A stretch of 56,288 nt of DNA from a virus (taxonomy: Duplodnaviria > Caudoviricetes), in the IMG/VR virus record IMGVR_UViG_3300032893_000058, positions 1-56,288 of that record, one strand, 5' to 3'. Below, piece after piece: positions 6,611 to 15,105 of this stretch; position 1 is the stretch's first letter; each line of letters opens with the position of its first letter. The notes beneath the pieces were generated by a model. It had not been told where the DNA came from. It saw only the letters and a list, made by a program, of their open reading frames with translations, and did not search any database. A program made the translations under genes and the position numbers.

Positions 6611-8837
6611 GCCGCGCCCGGTCGTCGTCGGCGCTTCTTCGCTGCCCGTGCTGCAGACGCTGGCCTGGCTGCGCCGCTTTAACTTCCGTCCCGTCGCGCT
6701 GCACCCGCGCCGCAAGGCCGCCGTGTCTCGCGCCTACGTCGATCTCGATTACAAGCCGCCGGACGACGAACTGTGGCAGCACAACGATTATGGCGTCGGC
6801 GTCGTCACCGGGCCGGCGCATTCGGGGCCGGTCGACGTCGATCTCGACTGCGAGGAAGCCGTCTATTTTGCCTCCGTGTTCTTGCCGCCGACGCCGGCCG
6901 TGTTCGGCAGAGAGTCCAAACGTGCGTCGCATTATTTATATCGTGTTGAAACGCCGACATTTGAAAAAAAAGCATTCAACGATCCGCGCAACAACGAATC
7001 CACCATCGTCGAAATGCGGGGCGATGCCGGCCATCAAACAGTGATGCCGGGCTCGATCCACGAGCAGACCGGCGAACTGATCCGCTGGGACAGCGACGAG
7101 AACCCCGACGTGCCGATGGTCGACGCCGCCGAACTCATTCGCGCCGTGCGCAAAGTCGCCGTCGCGGTGCTGGTGGTGCGTCACATCTGGCAGCCGGGCT
7201 TTCATAATTCTCCGTGTTTGAGTTTGTCCGGGCTGTTCTACTATCTTGACTGGTCGCTGGATGAAGCCGAGCAATTCATCGCCGCGGTGTGCGACTACAC
7301 CGACGATCGCGACAAGTCGCGGCTGCCCACGGTGCGCGCCACTTACAAGCGCGGCGAAGCCGGCAAGAAGGTGTCGGGTGCCGGCGTGCTGCGCAAACAA
7401 TTGAACGACGACAAGCTGGTCGATCGGCTGCTCGAGTGGGCCGGCTCGCCGTCAGTAAATTTGATCAACGATTACAATTCGCGCTGGGCGGTGGTGCCGG
7501 TCGGCGGCAAATTTCGCATTGCCGACACCGACGTGCTGCCGGGCCAGCCGCCGCTGTTCTACGGCAAGGAGGACTGGCTCAACCTGGTCGGCACCGACTT
7601 CACCGACATCGAAGGCAAGCCGGTGTTGCGCGGTAAGTTGTGGCTCACCAATCCGCGGCGCCGCGCTTACCGCGGCATCGACTTCGTGCCCGGCGCCGAC
7701 GACGGCCAGACTTTAAACCTGTGGACCGGCTGGGCGGTAGAGCCCAAGGCCGGCGACTGCAGCGCCTGGATCGAACTTTCGCGCGACGTTATTTGCGGTG
7801 GCGACAAACATTTGTTTCGCTGGCTGGCGCACTGGTTCGCCAACATCGTGCGCGAACCGTGCAACAAGTCGCTCACCGCGCTGGTTGTAATCAGTTCGCT
7901 CGAGGGCGCCGGCAAGACGCTGATGTTCGAATATTTCGGACGGATTCTCGGGCCGTCCTACGTCACCGTCACCAAGGAAAACCACATCGTCGGGCAGTTC
8001 AACCGGCATCTAGGCGGCGCGCTACTGCTACACTCCGAGGAAGCACTGTACGGTGGTGACGTCAAGCATGCCGGCATCATTCGCTCACTGATCACCGACC
8101 CGTGGCACATGATCGAGCCCAAAGGCGTCGACAGCCAGAAAGTGCGCAATTATCTGCGGCTGGCCTTGACCAGCAATAACATTCACGCGGCGCCGGCCCG
8201 GCCCAGCGACCGCCGCTACACCGTGATCGACATGAAGGAACGCCGCGCCAGCGACGATCTCATTACGCGGGTGTTGAAGGAATTGGACGGCGACGGGCCG
8301 GCGGCATTGTTCCAGGCGCTGCTCGATCTCGACTATGACCCGGCGCTCCCACGCGTCAACGTCAAGAACGACGCGCTGCTGAGCCTGAAATCGATCAACC
8401 TGCAGCCGATGGAGGCATGGTGGCTCGAGACGTTGCAGGACGGCTTGCTGCTGCCGGATTGCCTGAACTGGGCACAGAAGCCGGAAAAGGACGAGTGGCC
8501 GGAAACGGCGGCCGTGCCGGCGCTGCACGTCGCCATGGCGCTCAACCTGCGTGCCCGCAACGTGCGGTCGGTGCCGTCGGCACAGGCGCTGGCATTCAAC
8601 TTGGAGAAGTTCATCGGCCGGCCGTTTCACCGCTCGAAGCTGAGTTTCGATAATCCGCTGCTTGATGACTATCCGCCGGCAGTCAAGCAACTTAACGGCC
8701 GCATGACCAGCATCGTCAACGTGCCGGACCTGAACTCTTGCCGCGAGGCGTTCGAGCGGTTCATCGGCCAGGATTTCGACTGGCCGGACGAAGGGGAGAG
8801 GAACGATGGACGACGTGAGCCACACCGCGACTTCTGA
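6603..8837 (+). CDS. Bifunctional primase-polymerase / SF3-type (DUF5906/NrS-1-like) helicase
   Basis: Prim-Pol motifs GVVTG...DVDLD, SHYLY, QTVMPGSIH; helicase Walker A EGAGKT, Walker B HSEEA, IEPKG, TSN, DRRY. Confidence 0.9.
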   Translation: MPKPRPVVVGASSLPVLQTLAWLRRFNFRPVALHPRRKAAVSRAYVDLDYKPPDDELWQHNDYGVGVVTGPAHSGPVDVDLDCEEAVYFASVFLPPTPAVFGRESKRASHYLYRVETPTFEKKAFNDPRNNESTIVEMRGDAGHQTVMPGSIHEQTGELIRWDSDENPDVPMVDAAELIRAVRKVAVAVLVVRHIWQPGFHNSPCLSLSGLFYYLDWSLDEAEQFIAAVCDYTDDRDKSRLPTVRATYKRGEAGKKVSGAGVLRKQLNDDKLVDRLLEWAGSPSVNLINDYNSRWAVVPVGGKFRIADTDVLPGQPPLFYGKEDWLNLVGTDFTDIEGKPVLRGKLWLTNPRRRAYRGIDFVPGADDGQTLNLWTGWAVEPKAGDCSAWIELSRDVICGGDKHLFRWLAHWFANIVREPCNKSLTALVVISSLEGAGKTLMFEYFGRILGPSYVTVTKENHIVGQFNRHLGGALLLHSEEALYGGDVKHAGIIRSLITDPWHMIEPKGVDSQKVRNYLRLALTSNNIHAAPARPSDRRYTVIDMKERRASDDLITRVLKELDGDGPAALFQALLDLDYDPALPRVNVKNDALLSLKSINLQPMEAWWLETLQDGLLLPDCLNWAQKPEKDEWPETAAVPALHVAMALNLRARNVRSVPSAQALAFNLEKFIGRPFHRSKLSFDNPLLDDYPPAVKQLNGRMTSIVNVPDLNSCREAFERFIGQDFDWPDEGERNDGRREPHRDF

Positions 8838-9297
8838 TGACATCAAGACCGTGCGGCGCATGTTGTTACGCGGCGACATTCCGTTCAGCACCAAAATACC
8901 GGTAGTGGTCGGTGCGGTGCGCGCGTTGGCGGCGCAAAAGTTGACTTCTGCTGAGATCAGCCATGAACTGGGGCTGGGCGGCAACAAGAGCCAGATGATA
9001 AGTTTTTGCCGCCGCGCCAAAATTCCGCTGCAATACCCGCAGGGCGTCCATCGCATCAAGGAAGATCGAGAGCGAAATTTCAGCGTCAGGCGCAGCAGGA
9101 CCGCTTCTGCGCCGGCTCCTGCCCCGGTTTGGTTGTTGCCCACCAACGTGCCATATAGGTCGGCGGCCGGTCAACGCATCGCCAAGCGTCATCGCATGAC
9201 GCCGCGCTGCATGTGGGCCGGCTGCAGCGAAGACCCGGTGGCGCCGGGCAAGCCGTACTGCTGGGCGCACATGAAGGCCAACGGAGCAGTGACGTGA
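8806..9297 (+). CDS. GcrA-like transcription regulator
   Basis: N-terminal LTSAEISHELG.G.NKSQMI...R HTH and C-terminal CMW...C...GKPYCWAH, as in GcrA. Confidence 0.65.
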   Translation: MDDVSHTATSDDIKTVRRMLLRGDIPFSTKIPVVVGAVRALAAQKLTSAEISHELGLGGNKSQMISFCRRAKIPLQYPQGVHRIKEDRERNFSVRRSRTASAPAPAPVWLLPTNVPYRSAAGQRIAKRHRMTPRCMWAGCSEDPVAPGKPYCWAHMKANGAVT

Positions 9298-9914
9298 ACA
9301 AATCAGATAAGGCCCGACATGTTCGGCGCCGTTCTAATTACGATGAAGTCAAGGACGATTTTCCCACGCCGCCATGGGCAGTGCGCGCGTTTTTTAAATA
9401 TGTGGCGCCCTTTAATTCGGGCGCGTCGTTAATTTTTAAAGAACCGGCGGCTGGACGCGGCCACATGGTGCGCGTATTGAAGGAGCAACGGTTTAAAGTA
9501 AGCGCGTCTGATCTTGTTGATTATGGCGTTAATTTCAAGGTCGCGAATTATTTGACGTCATCGCTAAACCGATGCGACGTAGTGTTAACCAATCCACCAT
9601 ATAAGCACGCGAATGCCTTCGTGGCCAAAGCACTCAGGGAGGCAGAAGTCGGCGTTGCGATGTTGTTGCGCACCATATGGTTGGAATCCGTGACGCGTTA
9701 TGACACGTTGTTTTCTATAACGCCGCCGTCCGTTGTCGCGGTCTTTTCGCGTCGAATGCAAGCGGCACAAGGCCGCGTCGTGCGTCAAAACGGAGCGATG
9801 TTTTCGCATAGTTGGTTTTGGTGGGATTTGCGACGAAAGGACAAAACGACACGATTAATTTGGATACCGCCGCAGGCGCAAGCCGAACTCGAACGGGACG
9901 ACGATTATGACTAA
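9294..9914 (+). CDS. DNA N6-adenine (amino) methyltransferase
   Basis: DDFPTPPW, EPAAGRG SAM-binding motif, catalytic TNPPY; GTG start overlaps the upstream stop (GTGA). Confidence 0.85.
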   Translation: MNKSDKARHVRRRSNYDEVKDDFPTPPWAVRAFFKYVAPFNSGASLIFKEPAAGRGHMVRVLKEQRFKVSASDLVDYGVNFKVANYLTSSLNRCDVVLTNPPYKHANAFVAKALREAEVGVAMLLRTIWLESVTRYDTLFSITPPSVVAVFSRRMQAAQGRVVRQNGAMFSHSWFWWDLRRKDKTTRLIWIPPQAQAELERDDDYD

Positions 9915-10170
9915 GGACTGGGGCGCGCTGCGCGAGGACTTCTACGTCGGCGACGCGCACCCGGCCGACCGCCTCATTGCGATGAATTGCGGCTGCATCC
10001 TGGTGGCGCCGCGCTGCGACCAGGTGTGGGGGTCGCGCGCCGCGCTCAACACCCGGCTGTGGCACCAATGCGGCACCAAGCTGGTCGGGCCGAACCTGCT
10101 CGACTGGGTTATAGCGTCCACTTATCACTTTTACCAAGGCGAAGACGGAAGGGGGTTCAGATGGCAATGA
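9907..10170 (+). CDS. Hypothetical protein
   Basis: ORF overlapping the MTase end; phage-like codon usage. Confidence 0.55.
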   Translation: MTKDWGALREDFYVGDAHPADRLIAMNCGCILVAPRCDQVWGSRAALNTRLWHQCGTKLVGPNLLDWVIASTYHFYQGEDGRGFRWQ

Positions 10171-10266
10171 CATTGAAGCAGCAATTGGAACGTCGATGGC
10201 AGGAGGGCGGTTGTATGTCTTCGTTACGCGCCGCCCGGTGGGAATGGGTGTGGGGGGTAGTGTGGC

Positions 10267-10494
10267 TTGCCTAAGGCCGTTCCCAAGTCTGCCGCGCACC
10301 GCGTCAAGGGCGTCGAAGTCGCGCCGCCCGCCAACTTGCGCGGCAGGCTCGACCTATGGCACAAGCGCATCAACCTAATGTCCGGGGGCATGGTGTTGAT
10401 TCGCAACGGGTCCGGCATCCCGCGCGACACGCTGCGCGGCTGGATAATGGAACTGCGGCTGATGGCCGATGAAATGGAGAAGCATCTCGGCTGA
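10267..10494 (+). CDS. Hypothetical protein
   Basis: ORF within a tightly packed + strand operon. Confidence 0.5.
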   Translation: MPKAVPKSAAHRVKGVEVAPPANLRGRLDLWHKRINLMSGGMVLIRNGSGIPRDTLRGWIMELRLMADEMEKHLG

Positions 10495-10720
10495 TTTCAC
10501 GCACTTCGTCTGGCTGCGCAACGCGCGCGGCGATTTCGACCCGCAACTATGGACCGAGGACCTGACTGTGACGATGCCGGCGTCGGGCACCAAGTATCGC
10601 GGCGATTGCATGCGCCCAATTGCCGAGCGCGTCGCATTCAAGGTCGAATTGCCGTCGGACATCGGCGCGGTGACGCTCGACAGTTGCATCCGGATGTGGC
10701 CGGCGCCAGTTCGGACTTGA
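10469..10720 (+). CDS. Hypothetical protein
   Basis: ORF within a tightly packed + strand operon. Confidence 0.55.
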   Translation: MKWRSISADFTHFVWLRNARGDFDPQLWTEDLTVTMPASGTKYRGDCMRPIAERVAFKVELPSDIGAVTLDSCIRMWPAPVRT

Positions 10721-10746
10721 CAGACAGGTGCGCGGCGTGGTTGGGT
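10716..10746 (+). promoter_or_regulatory. Putative early promoter
   Basis: CTTGACA-N18-TTGGGT with extended TG; followed by CAGATAGGAG leader. Confidence 0.45.
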
Positions 10747-10766
10747 GCGGCAGATAGGAGACGCGC

Positions 10767-11018
10767 ATGACCGATCATCCCGACGCCCCCGTCATTCTGC
10801 GTATGGCTGAATATCCTTTGCAGCCCGGCCAGATGTTGCTGCTCGGCCCATTGTCATGCGCCTACTTGCGCGGCGACTGGCGCAAGGCGCCGTGGGTGAT
10901 TCCGGGTGAAAAGGCGCCGGGCGGCAAGCTGCTGCCCGACAAGTTCGTGATCGACAAGGAGGACTGGCATGGCAAGCCACAACGACGGCAAGAAGGACAA
11001 GACCGCCGCCGACGTTAA
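10767..11018 (+). CDS. Hypothetical protein
   Basis: ATG after AGGAG RBS. Confidence 0.6.
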   Translation: MTDHPDAPVILRMAEYPLQPGQMLLLGPLSCAYLRGDWRKAPWVIPGEKAPGGKLLPDKFVIDKEDWHGKPQRRQEGQDRRRR

Positions 11019-11184
11019 GTACGGGCGCGGCCATCCGGGGCGTTATTGCAAAGACTGTCACTTCTTCCTGCCGAAGCTGTTCGTGCACCCCAATGCCTGC
11101 CAACTTGTCGCCGGGCTGATTGACCCGCTGGCCTGGTGTAAACTGTTCGAGCCCAAGACCGCACCGCAAGGACGACGATCATGA
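10969..11184 (+). CDS. HiPIP-like (high-potential [4Fe-4S]) protein without export signal
   Basis: VKY...CKDCHFF...NACQLVAGLIDPLAWCKLF matches the HiPIP pattern Y..CxxC..F..C..V.G.I.P.GWC; AGGAGG RBS. Confidence 0.7.
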   Translation: MASHNDGKKDKTAADVKYGRGHPGRYCKDCHFFLPKLFVHPNACQLVAGLIDPLAWCKLFEPKTAPQGRRS

Positions 11185-11546
11185 ATTACCAATGGATGAG
11201 GGACATGAGCAACTGGGGCATAGGTAACGCCGTGCAAGAAATAAAGCCCGGCGACGAGATAAGTTGCAGCCACGCTAAATTGACGGACAGCGCCGTGTTG
11301 GTGCACGTCAATGGTGCGTGGGTCGAATTTAGGCCGCGGCAATGGAGCGACATGCAGACCACGGTTGCCGAACAGAACAAGCTGCTTGCCGCCGCCTACG
11401 CCGCGCTGCTCGAGGCGCGCGATACCTTCAACCTGGTGCAGTCGAACACGGCGCTGGCGTCGCAGCGCTCGACCGCCGCCACGCTGCCATTGACGCTCGC
11501 CATTGATGACATCGAGCGTTGGAAGCAGAAGGGCGTCAAGTCATGA
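11181..11546 (+). CDS. Hypothetical protein
   Basis: ATGA-coupled ORF with a C-terminal helix. Confidence 0.6.
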   Translation: MNYQWMRDMSNWGIGNAVQEIKPGDEISCSHAKLTDSAVLVHVNGAWVEFRPRQWSDMQTTVAEQNKLLAAAYAALLEARDTFNLVQSNTALASQRSTAATLPLTLAIDDIERWKQKGVKS

Positions 11547-11992
11547 CCTATCCGCGCGTCTGTTGGGCCGATGATCCGCGCTGTCTCGGCCGTCTCGTTA
11601 AGGAAGGCCCGGAACAGAGCGTCGTCAAGTGGGACAACGGCAACGAGACTGTCGTCATTAACAAATGGATCGAGCGCGTCGAAGATGAGCGCATACTGGG
11701 AAAGGGTGACGTGGCGGTAGCTGCGGTTGCGTCACCTAGGGTGGCGGAGCCGAGAGGCGCAGCTATTGACTCGGCTCCGCCGCCTGCGCCTAAAGAGCGC
11801 CGTGAACCTGACGAACTGGTCGAGCGGCTCAAAAAGTACGACGCCGCCGAACTCAAAAATTTCGCCGTAGTCAACGGCGTGTGGGATGACAAGTACACGT
11901 CGCTGCCGAACCCCGGCCTAGTGCGCATGAACATCATAAATCGCACCAGGGCGAAAGTGAAGAAGGGGTACAAAGTCAAATGGCCGAGATAG
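11543..11992 (+). CDS. Early protein, paralog family A (N.G..RM...RAK domain)
   Basis: C-terminus FAVVNGVW...NPGLVRMNIINRTRAKVK; ATG 11543. Confidence 0.7.
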   Translation: MTYPRVCWADDPRCLGRLVKEGPEQSVVKWDNGNETVVINKWIERVEDERILGKGDVAVAAVASPRVAEPRGAAIDSAPPPAPKERREPDELVERLKKYDAAELKNFAVVNGVWDDKYTSLPNPGLVRMNIINRTRAKVKKGYKVKWPR

Positions 11993-12142
11993 GTGAAACC
12001 CGCCGCATCCGGTTCCTGTACGGCGGGACCTGGACCCGCTGGTATGACGACACTGACGCCGCGTTGCTCGAAATGGACAACGTCGAGGTAGAAGCCGTCG
12101 AAATTCAAGAGACGATGACCAGGGCAGAATTTGAGAGACGCT

Positions 12143-12355
12143 ATGGAGATAAGTGAACTAGTGATGGAATGTCTTGACCGCGGCCCGATGACCCGACGTG
12201 AGATAGCTGTCGCATTGGGACGGGAACGTCAGAGTGCCGGTGCACTTGAAGTGGTCCTTATCAATTTGGCGCGTCGGGGTAAAGTGGTGCGGGAAGAGCG
12301 GGTTCCCGGCATAGGCAAAACTTACGCCGATCTGAAGTGGAACGCGTGCAAATAA
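12143..12355 (+). CDS. Winged-HTH DNA-binding protein
   Basis: GPMTRREIAVALG...LINLARRGKV. Confidence 0.6.
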   Translation: MEISELVMECLDRGPMTRREIAVALGRERQSAGALEVVLINLARRGKVVREERVPGIGKTYADLKWNACK

Positions 12356-12385
12356 CTTGACAAGCGTTTCGCCGCATGTTTTAGT
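12356..12385 (+). promoter_or_regulatory. Putative early promoter
   Basis: CTTGACA-N17-TTTAGT with extended TG. Confidence 0.5.
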
Positions 12386-12429
12386 TGCTCCATCGGCCGC
12401 GACCGGCCGTTCAGATAGGAGCAACTGCC

Positions 12430-13017
12430 ATGAAGATTCATCACAACACGCTGAAGAAGGCCAAGGCGCACGGGCTGATCGTCGAATGGTCGGAGCCGGA
12501 TAACGTCTTTGTTGTTAGCAAAGACGGCGATCCAGTTGTGGAAGCGAAGGACCCCAAGGACGCGCTCGATCTCGCCATTCTTGAATTGAGCGGCGGGGGT
12601 GTCGGGACAACGAAACCAAAGCCGACGACGCGCAAAGCGAAGAAGGCCGAGGCGCCGCGCAAGCGCGCCGACGACGAGGACGAGAGCGAGAATGGCGACG
12701 ACGAGGGCGACGCCTCCCGTTCGGTGGTCAAGGCCAAGTACCGCGCCCGCTATCTGCCAAACAAGGGTCACTGCGGTGACGATCTCGCCAAGAAGCTGCG
12801 CGACGCGTTCATGACCGAGAAGGATGAGGACACCGGCAAGCCGCGGCTCGATTTCGAGGCGTTCGTCGAATTCGCCAAAGCCAACGGCGTGTGGGTCGAG
12901 GGTTACCGCCGGCTGAAGGACCGCCATGGCAACCGCAATGACGGCCTGATCCGCATGAATTGCGCGAACCGCCTCCGTGCCAAGGTGCGGCGCGACAAAC
13001 ACAAGATCGTGTGGTAA
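12430..13017 (+). CDS. Early protein, paralog family A
   Basis: C-terminus FAKANGVW...NDGLIRMNCANRLRAKVR; ATG 12430 after CAGATAGGAG. Confidence 0.75.
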   Translation: MKIHHNTLKKAKAHGLIVEWSEPDNVFVVSKDGDPVVEAKDPKDALDLAILELSGGGVGTTKPKPTTRKAKKAEAPRKRADDEDESENGDDEGDASRSVVKAKYRARYLPNKGHCGDDLAKKLRDAFMTEKDEDTGKPRLDFEAFVEFAKANGVWVEGYRRLKDRHGNRNDGLIRMNCANRLRAKVRRDKHKIVW

Positions 13018-13110
13018 CATTTCGACTTGACACCATCAGGCCCGCCGTGCTTTTCCTGGCGCAGCGGGCCTAACCATGTGTGGGCTTCAGCACAAGGACA
13101 GGAGTTTGTC

Positions 13111-13572
13111 ATGGCAAAGCGTAAGACCAAAGGCGCGACCATCGATACCGGCGCCTACGATTATAAGACCCTAAAGGTCCGCGGCAAGGACGGCAAGATT
13201 CACTATTCGCGCGGCAATGCCGACGCCGTCGCCAAGGCGACGCTGTTACATTTCGCTAATGGCGGTACGCTCGACCAGGTGGTTAAGGCGAACAAGCTGG
13301 ACATCGACATTTCCGCCGCGGCGAACGCCGGCCAGGCCCGCATGACGGTTGGCGGCGTGTTGCGCGCCAAGATCAGGGCCGGCGACACGGTCAAGATCGG
13401 CTCGATTACCATCAAGTCGCTGAAACAGCACATTGACCTGCCGAAGGTCGAGGCGATCGATCCGTCACGGAAGAAGAAGGCCAAGAGCGCCAAGACCAAG
13501 AAGCCGGTCCGGCGCATCCGGCGCCGCGACGTGCCGGCCCCCGCCGAATCGCCGCAGCCCGAAGCGGCCTAA
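13111..13572 (+). CDS. Early basic protein, paralog family A
   Basis: VVKAN...NAGQARMTVGGVLRAKIR; ATG 13111 after AGGAG; CTTGACA at 13026 upstream. Confidence 0.75.
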   Translation: MAKRKTKGATIDTGAYDYKTLKVRGKDGKIHYSRGNADAVAKATLLHFANGGTLDQVVKANKLDIDISAAANAGQARMTVGGVLRAKIRAGDTVKIGSITIKSLKQHIDLPKVEAIDPSRKKKAKSAKTKKPVRRIRRRDVPAPAESPQPEAA

Positions 13573-13594
13573 AAAGTAGGCGTAGCGTAGAGTA

Positions 13595-13630
13595 GCCCCC
13601 GCGCCAGCGGCCTTCCCACGGCGCGGGGGC
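13595..13630 (+). other. GC-rich hairpin (11-bp stem), no U-tract
   Basis: GCCCCCGCGCC...GGCGCGGGGGC. Confidence 0.5.
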
Positions 13631-13656
13631 ATCAAATTCCAGATAGGAGCACGTCT

Positions 13657-13971
13657 GTGACCGTCTTCGCCGTCAATCCGACCGATAACGACATAAGCGC
13701 TGCCGCCGAGTACGGCGACGTGCATTACATCAACACCCGCTACGTCTACGGCGACGAAATCAACGACCAAAAGCTGCCGCATGAAGTCTACATGATGCTG
13801 TGGCGCGCGGCCAAGGAATTTGACCAGGACACCGATTATCTGCTGCTGATTGGCGATCATTTACAGATGGTGACGTTTGCCGCACTGGTGCAGCGGGAGC
13901 ACGGCGAATTTCGCGTGCTGCGCTGGGATCGGCAGGCTAAGGGCTACGTCGTGTGCTGGGTGAGAGGATAA
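13657..13971 (+). CDS. Conserved phage hypothetical protein (small alpha/beta)
   Basis: DISAAAEYG...DYLLLIGD...VLRWD...Y pattern; CAGATAGGAG leader. Confidence 0.7.
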   Translation: MTVFAVNPTDNDISAAAEYGDVHYINTRYVYGDEINDQKLPHEVYMMLWRAAKEFDQDTDYLLLIGDHLQMVTFAALVQREHGEFRVLRWDRQAKGYVVCWVRG

Positions 13972-13983
13972 CAGGAGAAACCG

Positions 13984-14358
13984 ATGAGCATTATCGAACA
14001 AGCGAAGACCGAACTAGCCGCGGCTAATTTTGGTGACGAGGATAGCCGAGTGATGATCGAGATACTCGAAAAGTTTTTCGACCAATGGGACAGTGGCGGC
14101 GCCGTTGCGTTTGCTACACCGGTTTTGATGCGTTTAATCGCAGGCAAGCCTATTACTGCGCTTACTGGCGATGACGGTGAATGGGTCATTCATGATCAAG
14201 AGGGCTGTTACGCTCAGAACAAGCGTTGCGGTACTGTCTTCAAAGCGACCAAAGATGGGCCGGCTTACGACATTGACGTGCCAGGCCGACCGCCCATAAT
14301 TTTTCCTTATTGGCCGATATCGGCTGAGGTAAGAATGCCGGTCGTCGAAATCGGTTAG
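13984..14358 (+). CDS. Conserved phage hypothetical protein
   Basis: AKTEL...SGG...PITALTG.D.EW...QNKRC..VF pattern; AGGAG RBS. Confidence 0.7.
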   Translation: MSIIEQAKTELAAANFGDEDSRVMIEILEKFFDQWDSGGAVAFATPVLMRLIAGKPITALTGDDGEWVIHDQEGCYAQNKRCGTVFKATKDGPAYDIDVPGRPPIIFPYWPISAEVRMPVVEIG

Positions 14359-14365
14359 GTTCCGA

Positions 14366-14395
14366 CTTGACCGCTTGTCCTTCTCGTGCTTCGCT
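14366..14395 (+). promoter_or_regulatory. Putative early promoter
   Basis: CTTGACC-N17-TTCGCT with extended TG. Confidence 0.5.
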
Positions 14396-14419
14396 ACCCG
14401 CATCATATAGGAGACACCG

Positions 14420-14956
14420 ATGCCTGCCGAAACCCTGCCGAAGTCCATTGTCAACGCGCTGCCCAGTTTTGTCAAGGTGATGGAGCACCTGGTCGCGATA
14501 TCCAAGTTGTTGCCGACGCTTGACAAGGAACTTGAGCGCGCCAAGAAGTCCGGCGCCCCGTCGCTGGCGCGGTCTTACGTCGCGCTGCACCGGATGAAGG
14601 AACGCGCCGACGAACTGCTGAAGCCGCTGTTCGGCGACGAGGGCCTTTATAAGCGCGTCAAGGAACTGGATTTTCCGGCGCTATGCGAGCAGGAGGGCAT
14701 CAAGAACGTACCGCTGGCCGAGGGCTTCCGGGTCGGCGTGTCGGCCCGCTTCCTGGCTTCGATCAAGCCCGGCAAGAAGGACGAAGCTTATCGATGGCTG
14801 CGCGAAGTTGACCTGGGCGACATCATTCAGGCCGTCGTCAACTCGTCGACGCTGAGCGCGTCACTGCGCAAGGAACTGGAAGACAATAACCGCGACATTC
14901 CGGACGAACTGTTCAATGTGGCGTTCGTGCCGAACACGTCGGTGACGAAAATATGA
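14420..14956 (+). CDS. Phage replication-module protein (commonly found upstream of phage SSB)
   Basis: ASIK...AYRWLRE..LGDII...VN..TL pattern. Confidence 0.7.
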   Translation: MPAETLPKSIVNALPSFVKVMEHLVAISKLLPTLDKELERAKKSGAPSLARSYVALHRMKERADELLKPLFGDEGLYKRVKELDFPALCEQEGIKNVPLAEGFRVGVSARFLASIKPGKKDEAYRWLREVDLGDIIQAVVNSSTLSASLRKELEDNNRDIPDELFNVAFVPNTSVTKI

Positions 14957-15105
14957 GACGCGCAGGTCGACAGCTTAGCGGCTGCTCGCAAGCCCGAGGG
15001 CTTTTCCTGCTCGTCGCTCCGCATAGGTCCTAGGGCAACTATGCGGAGCGTAAATTTGTAGTGCGTTCAGATAGGTAACTTCAACCAGCAACCAGGAGAC
15101 TTGAA

